A stretch of 64,000 bases of DNA from Clostridia bacterium. Its GTDB lineage: Bacteria; Bacillota; Clostridia; UBA1381; UBA9506. Made by a program: the position numbers and the translations under genes. Positions 8,642 through 18,268 of the stretch are shown here, piece after piece. How positions within the stretch are numbered: the first letter of the stretch is position 1; the number at the start of each line of letters is the position of its first letter. The stretch spans positions 929 to 64,928 of the forward strand of contig JAFYXI010000034.1 in NCBI GenBank assembly GCA_017546245.1. The letters run 5' to 3'. The notes below the pieces were generated by a model. It saw nothing but the letters and a program-made list of their open reading frames with translations. It searched no databases and was not told the origin of the DNA.

Positions 8642-10927
8642 ATGAAAAAATTACTTTCGCTTTTTATAATTTTATGCATTGCCTGTTCTTTTCCTGTTGC
8701 AGCATTAGCGGCAGACGATAAAGCAAGCGCAGAGCAGGCAGTTAGCGCACTTGCTGACTTGGGTTTAATGCAGGGTGACGAAAACGGTGATTTAAAAGGT
8801 GATAAAAGAGTTACAAGAGCTGAGTTTGTTACCTTATTATCACGTATGATATCAGATTATACACCGGTTGTTAAAAATAGCTTTAGCGATGTTGATGAAG
8901 CACATTGGGCAGCCGGCTGCATAGGTTATTTTACCGAAAAGGGTGTTATTGACGGCTTTGATGACGGACGTTTCGGTCCGTCTGATTCGGTTAATTTAAC
9001 TCAGGCGGTTAAAATAGTTTTAGAAGAATTGGGCTTAGCTGATGACAGCTTTGCATATCCTGACGATTATCTTTTAACAGGTGCTAAAAGCGGTCTTACA
9101 GTAGGCGTAGACGTAAAGCCCGAGGCAACGCTTAACAGAAACGAAACAGCTGCACTTCTTTTAAATGCGTTATACGCAGAAGATAAAGCCGGCAATATGA
9201 TGATTGATAACGTAGACAAAAAGCTCTACTATGTATCTAAAGACGGTTCAGACAGTGCAGACGGTTCTTATAAAGCTCCGTGGAAAACATTAGCTAAAGC
9301 GGCTGAAAGTGTCAGCGGAGAAGCGATTGTATATATAGCAAAGGGCGAGTATGAAGAAACAGCAGCTACTGTTTTTGAAAAGGGCGGTGAATCAGCTGAA
9401 AAACCGTTAATTGTTAAGGCTGCATTCGGTGCAGATGTAAAGGTTTCTTATGCTGAATCTGAAGACAGCAACGTTAAGGTTTTAGCAGGTGCTGATAATG
9501 TTGTTTTAAAGAGCATCAACTTTGTTTCGAACGCAAAAGAAGAGGCTGAAGATGAAGCTTGCATTCCTTTTGTAAAAAGCGAAGCTAACGGCTTTGGATT
9601 TATGTATAACACCGTAAACGGTGCAGATTGCGCAGTCGAGATTGAAAAATCAGAGAACGCATTTGTTTTAAACAATACATTTAACGGCGGACATAACGCA
9701 ATTTCAATGAAAAATACTTTAAATGCAAAGGTTTCTGATAATGTTTTAAATAATCAGACCGAAACTGCTCTTATTGTATGCTGCGGTTCTAAAAATGCAC
9801 AGATAAGCAATAACAAAATTAACGCAGATAAAACTCTTTTAAATGCAGCCATTGCTTTGGGTGACGACGAAGGTGCATTTAACTGCGTTTTATGGAACAA
9901 TGCAATTTATTCTGATGACGATATGACCGCGCCGGGACTTATTTATACCAATACAGCAGATTGCTATTTCTATAACAACATTGTTTACGGAATGGCAGGC
10001 GGTATTGCATTTGAAGGTGCCAATAAAAAACCTGTTTTAAGAAATAACATATTTACAAACTGCGGCGGCTCGGCATACATTCTTAATGATAATGTTACAC
10101 TCGATTCTGACTACAACTGCTATCACGAAGCATATCCTGAAATAAAAGAAAAGAACAGCAAATTTGCAAATCCGCATTTTATAAGCGCAGGCGACAACTG
10201 GAAACTGATTTCGTTCAGCCCTGCAAGAGATACAGGTGTTGTACTTAATAACGAAATCATCGGATTCGGCGGCGAAAAAATGCTTATTGATTTAAGTGAT
10301 ATTGACGGCGATGCTCGTGGCGATGTATGGAGTATGGGTATTTACAGCACAGCATCTAAGGTGGGTGTTGAAGAAGATATCTCTATTGATTCGCTTGTAG
10401 AAGAACGTAAACCGTTTGTAGAGTTTGACTTTGAAGATGGTGTTGGTAAATTTATAAACAACGGCGGCAGCTGGGAAACTGTTGACGGTGTTTATCATCA
10501 GACATCGGTAGCAGCAGCAAGCTACAGAACTGTTTATACCGGCGGAGCAGATTGGAAAAACTATGAAGTATCGATTGATATTAAATCTCCGTCATCTGTT
10601 TCAGGTAACGCATCAGGTCTTTTATTCCGTTGCGATACTGAAATGGAAAATATGTATTCTTTAAGATTCTTAGCTAACAATCAGATTGAGTTTGTAAGAT
10701 GGCTCGATAATACATTTGGAAGAATTAAAGTTTGGGAATATGCTTATCAGCCTGAAACCTTCTATAACTTCAGAGTTAAAGCAAACGGTAACACAATGAC
10801 CTTCTATATTAACGACGAACTGTTAGGAGAGGTTGTTGACGATACATTTGATAAGGGTTCGGTAGGATGCTATTCGTACAGAGAACCTAACGAATATGAC
10901 AACATTAAAATTTACACAATTCAATAA
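8642..10927 (+). CDS. Secreted SLH-domain / beta-helix protein with a C-terminal LamG/DUF1080-like domain
   Basis: Signal peptide, then SLH-like repeats (LMQGDENGDLKGDKRVTRAEFVTLLSRM). The motif YYVSKDGSDSADGSYKAPWKT is followed by NN-rich helix repeats. The C-terminal roughly 190 aa resemble a concanavalin-like fold (WKNYEVSIDIK...YSLRF...FRVKANGNTMTFYIND). Confidence 0.7.
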   Translation: MKKLLSLFIILCIACSFPVAALAADDKASAEQAVSALADLGLMQGDENGDLKGDKRVTRAEFVTLLSRMISDYTPVVKNSFSDVDEAHWAAGCIGYFTEKGVIDGFDDGRFGPSDSVNLTQAVKIVLEELGLADDSFAYPDDYLLTGAKSGLTVGVDVKPEATLNRNETAALLLNALYAEDKAGNMMIDNVDKKLYYVSKDGSDSADGSYKAPWKTLAKAAESVSGEAIVYIAKGEYEETAATVFEKGGESAEKPLIVKAAFGADVKVSYAESEDSNVKVLAGADNVVLKSINFVSNAKEEAEDEACIPFVKSEANGFGFMYNTVNGADCAVEIEKSENAFVLNNTFNGGHNAISMKNTLNAKVSDNVLNNQTETALIVCCGSKNAQISNNKINADKTLLNAAIALGDDEGAFNCVLWNNAIYSDDDMTAPGLIYTNTADCYFYNNIVYGMAGGIAFEGANKKPVLRNNIFTNCGGSAYILNDNVTLDSDYNCYHEAYPEIKEKNSKFANPHFISAGDNWKLISFSPARDTGVVLNNEIIGFGGEKMLIDLSDIDGDARGDVWSMGIYSTASKVGVEEDISIDSLVEERKPFVEFDFEDGVGKFINNGGSWETVDGVYHQTSVAAASYRTVYTGGADWKNYEVSIDIKSPSSVSGNASGLLFRCDTEMENMYSLRFLANNQIEFVRWLDNTFGRIKVWEYAYQPETFYNFRVKANGNTMTFYINDELLGEVVDDTFDKGSVGCYSYREPNEYDNIKIYTIQ

Positions 10928-10935
10928 GAGGTGAA

Positions 10936-13900
10936 ATGATGAAAAAAGCATTAGCTGTATGCTTGGCTTTCTGCATCGTGTTGTCTGTATTGATTCCGAT
11001 GGGTATTGCTGTCAAAGCCGAAACACAAATGTCGCAGGCAGAAACGATACTTTATGAAGATTTTGAAACTGCAACTTTGGCAGATAGCATTTATGACGAA
11101 AACGGAAATTATAACACTAATAATGATATAGGTGGTTTTAATGGCTGGCAGGACGGAACGAAAAACAAAAATCCGTTAAAGCCATATGACACCAACAGGG
11201 TTGTTAATGTTGCAAAAATCGTAGATGAAGGAGAAAATAAAGCCGGCAGTTTTATTTATACAAAAGCCGGCTCAGAATCTAACGATAATTTGCAGTATTA
11301 TATCAAAAAATCAACTCTCAAGGCTGTCAGCACAGGAATTGTTGTTGTTAAAATGCGTGTAAAGCCTACTGCACAGGCAGGAATGCTGCTTGTAAATTTA
11401 AGTGGTGCAGCAGCACAGGCATCTCCATACATAACCTTTTGGCTTGATAAAAAACGCATGGCAGGCGATATTGTTTCTACTGCTAATGGTTCACTTACCA
11501 CCATGCAAGAAAATATGTGGACTGATTATGAGATACATATTAATTTTGACAGCCGTACAGCAAAAATATATGCAGGCGAAGAGGAAATTAAAAATACAAA
11601 AACAGCCCTTCCTTCTTCGCTTACGCAAATAACTTCCGTTTCTATCGGCTTGCATAGAACTCAGGGAGCATGGGCAGCAGGACATGGTTGGTTGGTTGAT
11701 AACATCGAGGTTGTTGCAATTCCAAGGTCTGACGCAGTTATAGTTCCTACCGACGAGCTTCTTACAAATAAAGCAAAACTTATATTTAACAACGAACCTG
11801 AAAGTCTAAGTACAGAAAACATAAGCATTAAAGCAGAAAGCGGAGTTGTTAGGGCATCTGCTGTCGAGGCGGTATCGGGTGATGGTAAATCATTTGTTGT
11901 AACCTTTCCTAAAAATCTAACGCCTCAGACAGATTATACGGTAATTTTAGACGGAATTACCGATAAATACGGAGGCAGTCTGACAAATAAAGAAATTACA
12001 TATACTACCCCGGCAACGGGAAATATTTACTATGTTTCTCCGAACGGAAACGATAAAAATGCAGGAACAAAAGCTGCTCCGTGGAAAACTGCATACCATG
12101 CTGCTAAAAAAGCTGCAGCAGGCGATACGGTAATTTTTGAAGACGGAATATACAGAGAAACTGAATATACTGTCGTCGAAAATAACGGTACAGCAGGCAA
12201 GCCTATTACATTTAAGGCACAAAATCCTCACAAGGCAATAATTTTTTACGGTGAAAACTGCAGAACAAGACAAAAATTCAGAATTCACGACAAGCAATAT
12301 ATAAATATAAGAGATTTGTACTTTACTCAAGAGAGCACGTCACTTTATGAAGACGGTGCTACGCTTGAAACCGCAGCAACTTCTGATATATTTATTAACG
12401 TAATCAGATCGAGCTACTGTGAGGTTACAGGCAATAAAATTGTAAAGGCATTTGAAGAGGGCATAAAGGGGTATTGTTCAAACTCAATTACCATTGCAAA
12501 CAACGAGATATACGATATGAATCATGAGGGTATTGACTTGTTTGCGGTAATAAATCCTGATGTTTGCGCAAATAAGGTTATAAACTTCGGCCGTGATGCC
12601 TTTATGATAAAGGGTAATTCGGCAAACTGCCGTATTTATAATAACTATGCCCATAACGATAAAATGGTAACAACCGGTACAGCCTTTGATATAGGCGGTT
12701 CATCTGACGGAACAAGCCCTATATGTACCAAAGAGAATATTGGATTCGAAAACCATAACAGTATATTTTATAATAATGTTGTGTATGCAATTGATATTGA
12801 CGGAACACCGAGTATAGGTGCAGGCTTCAGCTTTTTGGGAGCTAAAGACTGTCATTGCTATAATAATACGGTTGCAGGAACACGATATGGCATACGTTTT
12901 CAAGTTCCTACAGACAGCGACTGGCAGTGGTGGCCAAACTCTGTAAATCCGACAATTAAAAACAACATTTTAGCAAATATTCAATACACATACAGTGATA
13001 ACAGCGGTGATATAAAGCCTAATCCTGAAAATGTTATAAGAGATTACAATTTGTTTTATAATTGCAGCTTTAACAGCGAATACAAAGCAACTGACGAGCC
13101 GAACAGTATAGTTTTAAGCTCATCAGATGATTTGTTTGCAGCTTATGGCACAGATTTCAGAATAAAGCTTAATTCAAAAGCTAAAGGGGTAGGCACAGCA
13201 CTTGCTGACACCTATCCCGGATTTATAGGATATGCCGAGGAAGACAGAACAAGCCCAAACGGCAGCTATTATAAAGACTTTGAATATGACCCGAATAGAG
13301 TTATAGATGTAAAAATTGATTTAATCGATTATAACGGCAATGAAAGAACGGCTTGGGATATTGGTGCATATGCAGCCGGTGACTGCATAAAAGAAATTTA
13401 TGCGTCGCAATATGATACCGTAAGCGGTTTGCCGGAGGGATATTCGTGGGAATATTCAACGCAATATACAGGTGAACAGATAATAACAGGAACAGATGCA
13501 AACGGCAGTCAGGCTAAATGTCTCCTTAAAGTAGGTACAAACGGTGTTTATGTTGCAGAAGATATTAAATATAAAAAAGCATACGACACCGCAGTTTTAG
13601 CTAACGGCATTGACGGCAAAACAACAGTTTTGCTTAAAATGACAGACCAAAGTACAAAAGAATTTGCTGTAAACTATGACCTTAATGCTAACAAATCCGG
13701 AGTTTATAAAGTTTTAGGAACTATCGACGGATTTAGCGAAAAAATTCCGGTTATAGTTACTGTGGCAGCCGAAGAAGAAAATAAAATTTTAGAAACCTAT
13801 AAAGATGCGCGTGTTATATTAGAAGACGGCACGTGGGTGGATACAAGCAAGCTTGGTTGCCAGTATCACGATGTAATCACAAGCAAAGCACTTGTGCATT

Positions 13901-15207
13901 ATGCTGTGTATGTCGGCGAATTTTCTGAAAAATTTGCTTGTACGATGGATTATCCCGAAGGTATGCTTACGGGAAACTATGGCTCGGCATCAGAAGGTGA
14001 CTATTATCTTTCGGTCGGCAGCAGCTTTATAAACAGCGAAAATGTTCAAATCGAAAAAGACGGAGAAAGCAGCGTTTTAAAAATCGGTCCTCAAAAGCTT
14101 GATTATGGTGTTAAAGCCGTATTTAACAATACAGAAAATACAACAGTTCAAAAAGCCTCGTTTAAAATTAAAATGAAAAACATTACCGAGCATTTTGCAG
14201 AGACGGGAACAATAAATTCCATTCCGTATCATGTTGCAGTTAAAGGTGCAGACGGAAATTATTTAAGCGAGCTGTATTTCAGACTTTACTTTAGCACGAA
14301 CGGATTTGAAAAACTTACGGTAGGGCCTCATTTGCGCGGCGGAACATATCCGAATAAAGAAAAAGAGCTTAAAAATGAAGACGGCAGCAGTATCGTAACG
14401 TTTACTCAGACCGATGGCGAAGGGTCGGCGCGTTTTGGCGAAACCGACTGGATTACTATAAGTGTTACAGAAAATGCAGACCAAACTTATGATGTGTTTC
14501 TAAATGATAAATTGGTGATAAGTGCGCAAACTTATTATCTTAACTCAAACAATGTTGTAATGAGCAGACTGCCGATAAAAGAAATAGATTTTCGTAAAAG
14601 ATTACCGGCAACCGACCCGGGAAATGTGAAAAATGACTCTACAGCATATATGCATATTGATGATATTACATTATATCAATATTCACGAATTGCAGAAGAT
14701 TTAAAGGCTGCGCCTGATGTGGCTGTGCCGGTTGGTTCAGATGCTGCTTTAAAAACCGTTTATTTAAAAATGACAGACGGAACGATAAAAGGCTTTGATG
14801 CAGAAATTTCTGCGCTGGATACAAGCAAGGTAAAAAGTCAGATTATATCAGGCAGAATTGACGGTGTTAATCAATTGCTCGATTTAAAGGCTGTTGTTTG
14901 CAATTATGTTGTTGATAGCTTAAGCTTTAGCGAATCGGCAGATAAGTTAAGTGCAGCCGCACGTATACGAAAATTAACAGATAAGGGCAATGCTACAGCG
15001 ATTATTGCAATTTATAACAATGAAAATGTTATGCAGTCGTGTCAGAGTGTTTCGCTTAGTCAAATGCAGATAAACGAGGCAAAAGATATATCGGTATTAC
15101 TGGATGTTTCTGATGGATATGATGAAAACGGCAGTTATGCAATAGTTTACATCTGGGAATATGATAAAATTCAGCCAATTGATATTGCAAACCGATTTGA
15201 GTTTTAA
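10936..15207 (+). CDS. Giant secreted multidomain protein (LamG-like N-domain, Ig-like, parallel beta-helix, C-terminal shared module)
   Basis: 1423 aa with a signal peptide. The N-domain is paralogous to the next ORF (NNDIGGFNGW...IGLHRTQGAWAAGHGW). Beta-helix entry motif YYVSPNGNDKNAGTKAAPWKT...TVIFEDGIYRET. It has no SLH domain and ends in the IAIYNNE...VYIWEYD module. Confidence 0.7.
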   Translation: MMKKALAVCLAFCIVLSVLIPMGIAVKAETQMSQAETILYEDFETATLADSIYDENGNYNTNNDIGGFNGWQDGTKNKNPLKPYDTNRVVNVAKIVDEGENKAGSFIYTKAGSESNDNLQYYIKKSTLKAVSTGIVVVKMRVKPTAQAGMLLVNLSGAAAQASPYITFWLDKKRMAGDIVSTANGSLTTMQENMWTDYEIHINFDSRTAKIYAGEEEIKNTKTALPSSLTQITSVSIGLHRTQGAWAAGHGWLVDNIEVVAIPRSDAVIVPTDELLTNKAKLIFNNEPESLSTENISIKAESGVVRASAVEAVSGDGKSFVVTFPKNLTPQTDYTVILDGITDKYGGSLTNKEITYTTPATGNIYYVSPNGNDKNAGTKAAPWKTAYHAAKKAAAGDTVIFEDGIYRETEYTVVENNGTAGKPITFKAQNPHKAIIFYGENCRTRQKFRIHDKQYINIRDLYFTQESTSLYEDGATLETAATSDIFINVIRSSYCEVTGNKIVKAFEEGIKGYCSNSITIANNEIYDMNHEGIDLFAVINPDVCANKVINFGRDAFMIKGNSANCRIYNNYAHNDKMVTTGTAFDIGGSSDGTSPICTKENIGFENHNSIFYNNVVYAIDIDGTPSIGAGFSFLGAKDCHCYNNTVAGTRYGIRFQVPTDSDWQWWPNSVNPTIKNNILANIQYTYSDNSGDIKPNPENVIRDYNLFYNCSFNSEYKATDEPNSIVLSSSDDLFAAYGTDFRIKLNSKAKGVGTALADTYPGFIGYAEEDRTSPNGSYYKDFEYDPNRVIDVKIDLIDYNGNERTAWDIGAYAAGDCIKEIYASQYDTVSGLPEGYSWEYSTQYTGEQIITGTDANGSQAKCLLKVGTNGVYVAEDIKYKKAYDTAVLANGIDGKTTVLLKMTDQSTKEFAVNYDLNANKSGVYKVLGTIDGFSEKIPVIVTVAAEEENKILETYKDARVILEDGTWVDTSKLGCQYHDVITSKALVHYAVYVGEFSEKFACTMDYPEGMLTGNYGSASEGDYYLSVGSSFINSENVQIEKDGESSVLKIGPQKLDYGVKAVFNNTENTTVQKASFKIKMKNITEHFAETGTINSIPYHVAVKGADGNYLSELYFRLYFSTNGFEKLTVGPHLRGGTYPNKEKELKNEDGSSIVTFTQTDGEGSARFGETDWITISVTENADQTYDVFLNDKLVISAQTYYLNSNNVVMSRLPIKEIDFRKRLPATDPGNVKNDSTAYMHIDDITLYQYSRIAEDLKAAPDVAVPVGSDAALKTVYLKMTDGTIKGFDAEISALDTSKVKSQIISGRIDGVNQLLDLKAVVCNYVVDSLSFSESADKLSAAARIRKLTDKGNATAIIAIYNNENVMQSCQSVSLSQMQINEAKDISVLLDVSDGYDENGSYAIVYIWEYDKIQPIDIANRFEF

Positions 15208-15265
15208 AATTTTGCTCAGCAAAACCAAAATATAAAAGGTTAGACTGAATGAGAGGAGAAAGTCT

Positions 15266-18200
15266 ATGAAAAAGACAATGGCATTACTTTTAGTGTTCTG
15301 CGTTATGTTTTCTACACTTGTTCCTGCAACAATTGCAGGTGCAGAAGAAGAGATGAAGCAGACCAGAGTTATCTTCTCGGAAGACTTTGAAAGTGCAGTT
15401 CTGGAAGATAATATTTACTCCGATACAAATGAAGATGGTGTAATTGACGACAAAGACAACTTAAACACTAACAACGATATCGGTGGTTTTAACGGCTGGG
15501 GAGAATACGGAAGTAAAAACCCGCAAAGACCATATAATGGAAATACTAATGTAGTTGTTGCAAAAATGTATGAAGATGAGGGTAATAAGGCAGGTAGCTT
15601 TATTTATAAATCTGTTCCGCAACCGGATCCAAACGGTAAATACTCTTCTGTAGCATATGATGTTCGTAAAGAAACTACAGAAGCGGTTTCAAGCGGTCTT
15701 GTTATCTTTAAAATGAAAGCAAAGCCGACTGCTAATGCAGGTATATTGTGCTTTAACTTAAGCGGCGATAACGCAACAGCTGATGACTACACAACACTTG
15801 ATGCAAAAACACAGCGTGTTGGAGGTTCGGGTGGTGTAGATACCGGTTCGGGCAAACCGGTTTTGGCTATGCAGCCGGATGTGTGGACAGAATATGAATT
15901 CTGGATTAATTTTGATGCTAAAAAAATAAGACTGTTTGTAAACGGCGATGAAATAAGCAACTCAAAAACAATGCCTACAGGGCTTGATAAAGTAAGCAGA
16001 GTGGCAATTGGTCTGCATCGTTATCAGGGTGCTTGGGCAGCAGATGCAGGCTGGTCAATTGACGATATTGAAATTATCGCAGTTGCTCCTTTAGATGCTC
16101 GTATGACACCAACGGATGACGGTGATCTTTACAAATCAAAGCTTACATTTAACAATAGCCCGGTTGACGGAATTGAAGCTTCAAATATAAAGATTGATGT
16201 TGATGGTTCAGACTTTACCGCAACTTCTATCGAACCTGTAGCAGGCGATGAAAAAACATATATCGTAACCTTCCCGACAGAACTTGCACCGGGATTTGTT
16301 GAATATCCTGTTACCTTAAACGGATTTGCAGATATGTACGGCAGCTCATTTGATGACAAAGCCGTAACATATACAACTCGTGCAAAACGGTATGAAATTT
16401 CTGATCCTGTATTCTATACAGGCTATGATACTGATGAAAAGTTGGATGTATTATCATTCTGTGAAAACGGAACATTTACTGTTGAGTACAAGATTAAAAA
16501 CGAACTTGCTGATGAACTTAATGCAGATATTATCTTAGTTCACAAGCGTGGAGAAGAAATCGTAAAAGCGGTTGCAGCTGATGCTAATGTTGCCGGCGAA
16601 ACAAGAGACAACCTTGTAACAGCTTCTGTTGAAGTTGCCGGCTATACAGCAACCGATAAGCTTGAAGCATATATCTGGGACAGCGTTACAGGTATGGAAG
16701 CTTATATGCCGGTATTTACCTTAAATAGCTCAGCAATCGAAAGCGAAAGCGATTTTGTTAAAGAATCTGCTATTGCTGACTTTAAAATGAATGCGGCTGT
16801 TGATTTCGCAAACGAAAGTATGGTTTTAACAGGTGCGGCAGATAGCTTATGCGAAGTTGCTGCATTGGTATTTGACCCGGGTTATAAATTAAGCGACCTG
16901 ACTATTGAAAACTTCGATGCTGCAGTTTCGAGCATTGCTCAAAAAGCAACTGATGAAGAAGGTAACTATTCATTCGCTTGTAAAATTTCTGATCCTCAGG
17001 ACGGAAAAGAGTATTTTGCTGCAGCCGGTGCAGACAGCAAAACTGTATCAGACAGCGCGTTGTTCTTTGTAATGACAACTGTAAACAATGCAGTAAGCAC
17101 AACAAGCAGCGCAACAGCAGAACAGCTTATGGATTTGTTAAGTGGCAAAACTCAGCTTTCCGGCAATATTCCGCTTAATGATGTGTTGCAGATGGATATG
17201 AGTGTTTATGATACACTTACACATAAAAACGAGGTTTGCGAAGCTTTAGCAGCAGCTGCTGTTACAGATGTTGATTCAATAAGAACATCATTTGCAAACA
17301 TCGTAGCAACACAAAGAGCTAAAGAAGACCGCATAAATGCACTTCTTGCAAGAATTAACGATGCTCTGTGGAGCGAAATTGCTGATATTTTAGAAGAAGA
17401 CTTAGAGGGCGAAAATGATTTAGATTTACCTTGGGAAGAAAGCTATGCTGACATCGAAGATGATGAAGATATGCTTACCGATTTCTATAAAAGATTAGCA
17501 TCTGACTATACATTTAAAACTTATTTAGAGCTTAAAGAAGCATTCGAAGACGAAGCTAAAAACGTTTACGATGATGACGACGACTATAGCTACGGCGGAG
17601 GCGGTGGCGGCGGTGGCAGCACCGGCGGCAAAAGCAAAGACAAGTTTGGTTACAGCTCAGATATGACGAGTATAGGACAATTAACACCTATCGTTGAAGA
17701 AAAAGCAGAAGTAAAAAGAATAACAGACTTTAGCGATATTGCTCATGTTGCATGGGCGCAGGAGAGTATTAAAGCTTTAGCCGAAGAGGGCATTATTGCA
17801 GGTGTTGGCGGCGGTAAGTTTGCTCCTGATGCAAAGGTAACCCGTGAACAGTTTATAAAAATGATTGTTTTGGCATTTGACCTTCATGATGCTAAAGCAA
17901 CAACCGATAAATTTATTGACGTTTCGTCAGGAACATGGTTCAGATCTTATGTAGCAAGTGCAGTAGAGCGCGGCATCGTTTACGGGGTAGACGAGGAACA
18001 CTTTGGTGTAGGTAAAGAAATTACCCGTGCAGAAATGGCTACAATCCTTGTAAGAGCAGCCGAGGCTGCAGGTAAAGAAATACCGGCAGGAAGCACTTTG
18101 GAATATGCAGATAATGCACAGATTCCCGGTTATGCATCAGACAGCATTTCAAAGCTTACAAAAGCAGGAATTATGTCGGGTGTAGGAGATAACGTGTTTG

Positions 18201-18268
18201 CGCCATATGACAAAGCAACTCGCGCAATGGCGGCTAAAGTAATTTATATGCTGAGGGGGGCGTTTTAA
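15266..18268 (+). CDS. Secreted protein with a LamG-like N-domain, an acidic/poly-Gly linker and C-terminal SLH domains
   Basis: 1000 aa with a signal peptide. The N-terminal roughly 280 aa are paralogous to ORF 10936. It has a DDDDDYSYGGGGGGGG linker and C-terminal SLH-like repeats (IAGVGGGKFAPDAKVTREQFIKMIV; VYGVDEEHFGVGKEITRAEMATIL; MSGVGDNVFAPYDKATRAMAAKV). Confidence 0.75.
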   Translation: MKKTMALLLVFCVMFSTLVPATIAGAEEEMKQTRVIFSEDFESAVLEDNIYSDTNEDGVIDDKDNLNTNNDIGGFNGWGEYGSKNPQRPYNGNTNVVVAKMYEDEGNKAGSFIYKSVPQPDPNGKYSSVAYDVRKETTEAVSSGLVIFKMKAKPTANAGILCFNLSGDNATADDYTTLDAKTQRVGGSGGVDTGSGKPVLAMQPDVWTEYEFWINFDAKKIRLFVNGDEISNSKTMPTGLDKVSRVAIGLHRYQGAWAADAGWSIDDIEIIAVAPLDARMTPTDDGDLYKSKLTFNNSPVDGIEASNIKIDVDGSDFTATSIEPVAGDEKTYIVTFPTELAPGFVEYPVTLNGFADMYGSSFDDKAVTYTTRAKRYEISDPVFYTGYDTDEKLDVLSFCENGTFTVEYKIKNELADELNADIILVHKRGEEIVKAVAADANVAGETRDNLVTASVEVAGYTATDKLEAYIWDSVTGMEAYMPVFTLNSSAIESESDFVKESAIADFKMNAAVDFANESMVLTGAADSLCEVAALVFDPGYKLSDLTIENFDAAVSSIAQKATDEEGNYSFACKISDPQDGKEYFAAAGADSKTVSDSALFFVMTTVNNAVSTTSSATAEQLMDLLSGKTQLSGNIPLNDVLQMDMSVYDTLTHKNEVCEALAAAAVTDVDSIRTSFANIVATQRAKEDRINALLARINDALWSEIADILEEDLEGENDLDLPWEESYADIEDDEDMLTDFYKRLASDYTFKTYLELKEAFEDEAKNVYDDDDDYSYGGGGGGGGSTGGKSKDKFGYSSDMTSIGQLTPIVEEKAEVKRITDFSDIAHVAWAQESIKALAEEGIIAGVGGGKFAPDAKVTREQFIKMIVLAFDLHDAKATTDKFIDVSSGTWFRSYVASAVERGIVYGVDEEHFGVGKEITRAEMATILVRAAEAAGKEIPAGSTLEYADNAQIPGYASDSISKLTKAGIMSGVGDNVFAPYDKATRAMAAKVIYMLRGAF

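Noticed and set aside
6598-15207. Beta-helix proteins as prophage tailspike or depolymerase genes
   Set aside because: No phage structural, lysis or integration genes are nearby. The proteins have Sec signal peptides and SLH wall-anchoring repeats, which point to resident cell-surface proteins.
17594-17620. Poly-Gly-encoding tract as a slippage-prone phase-variation repeat
   Set aside because: The codons are mixed (GGC GGA GGC GGT GGC GGC GGT GGC), so there is no perfect homopolymer or simple repeat long enough for efficient slippage.
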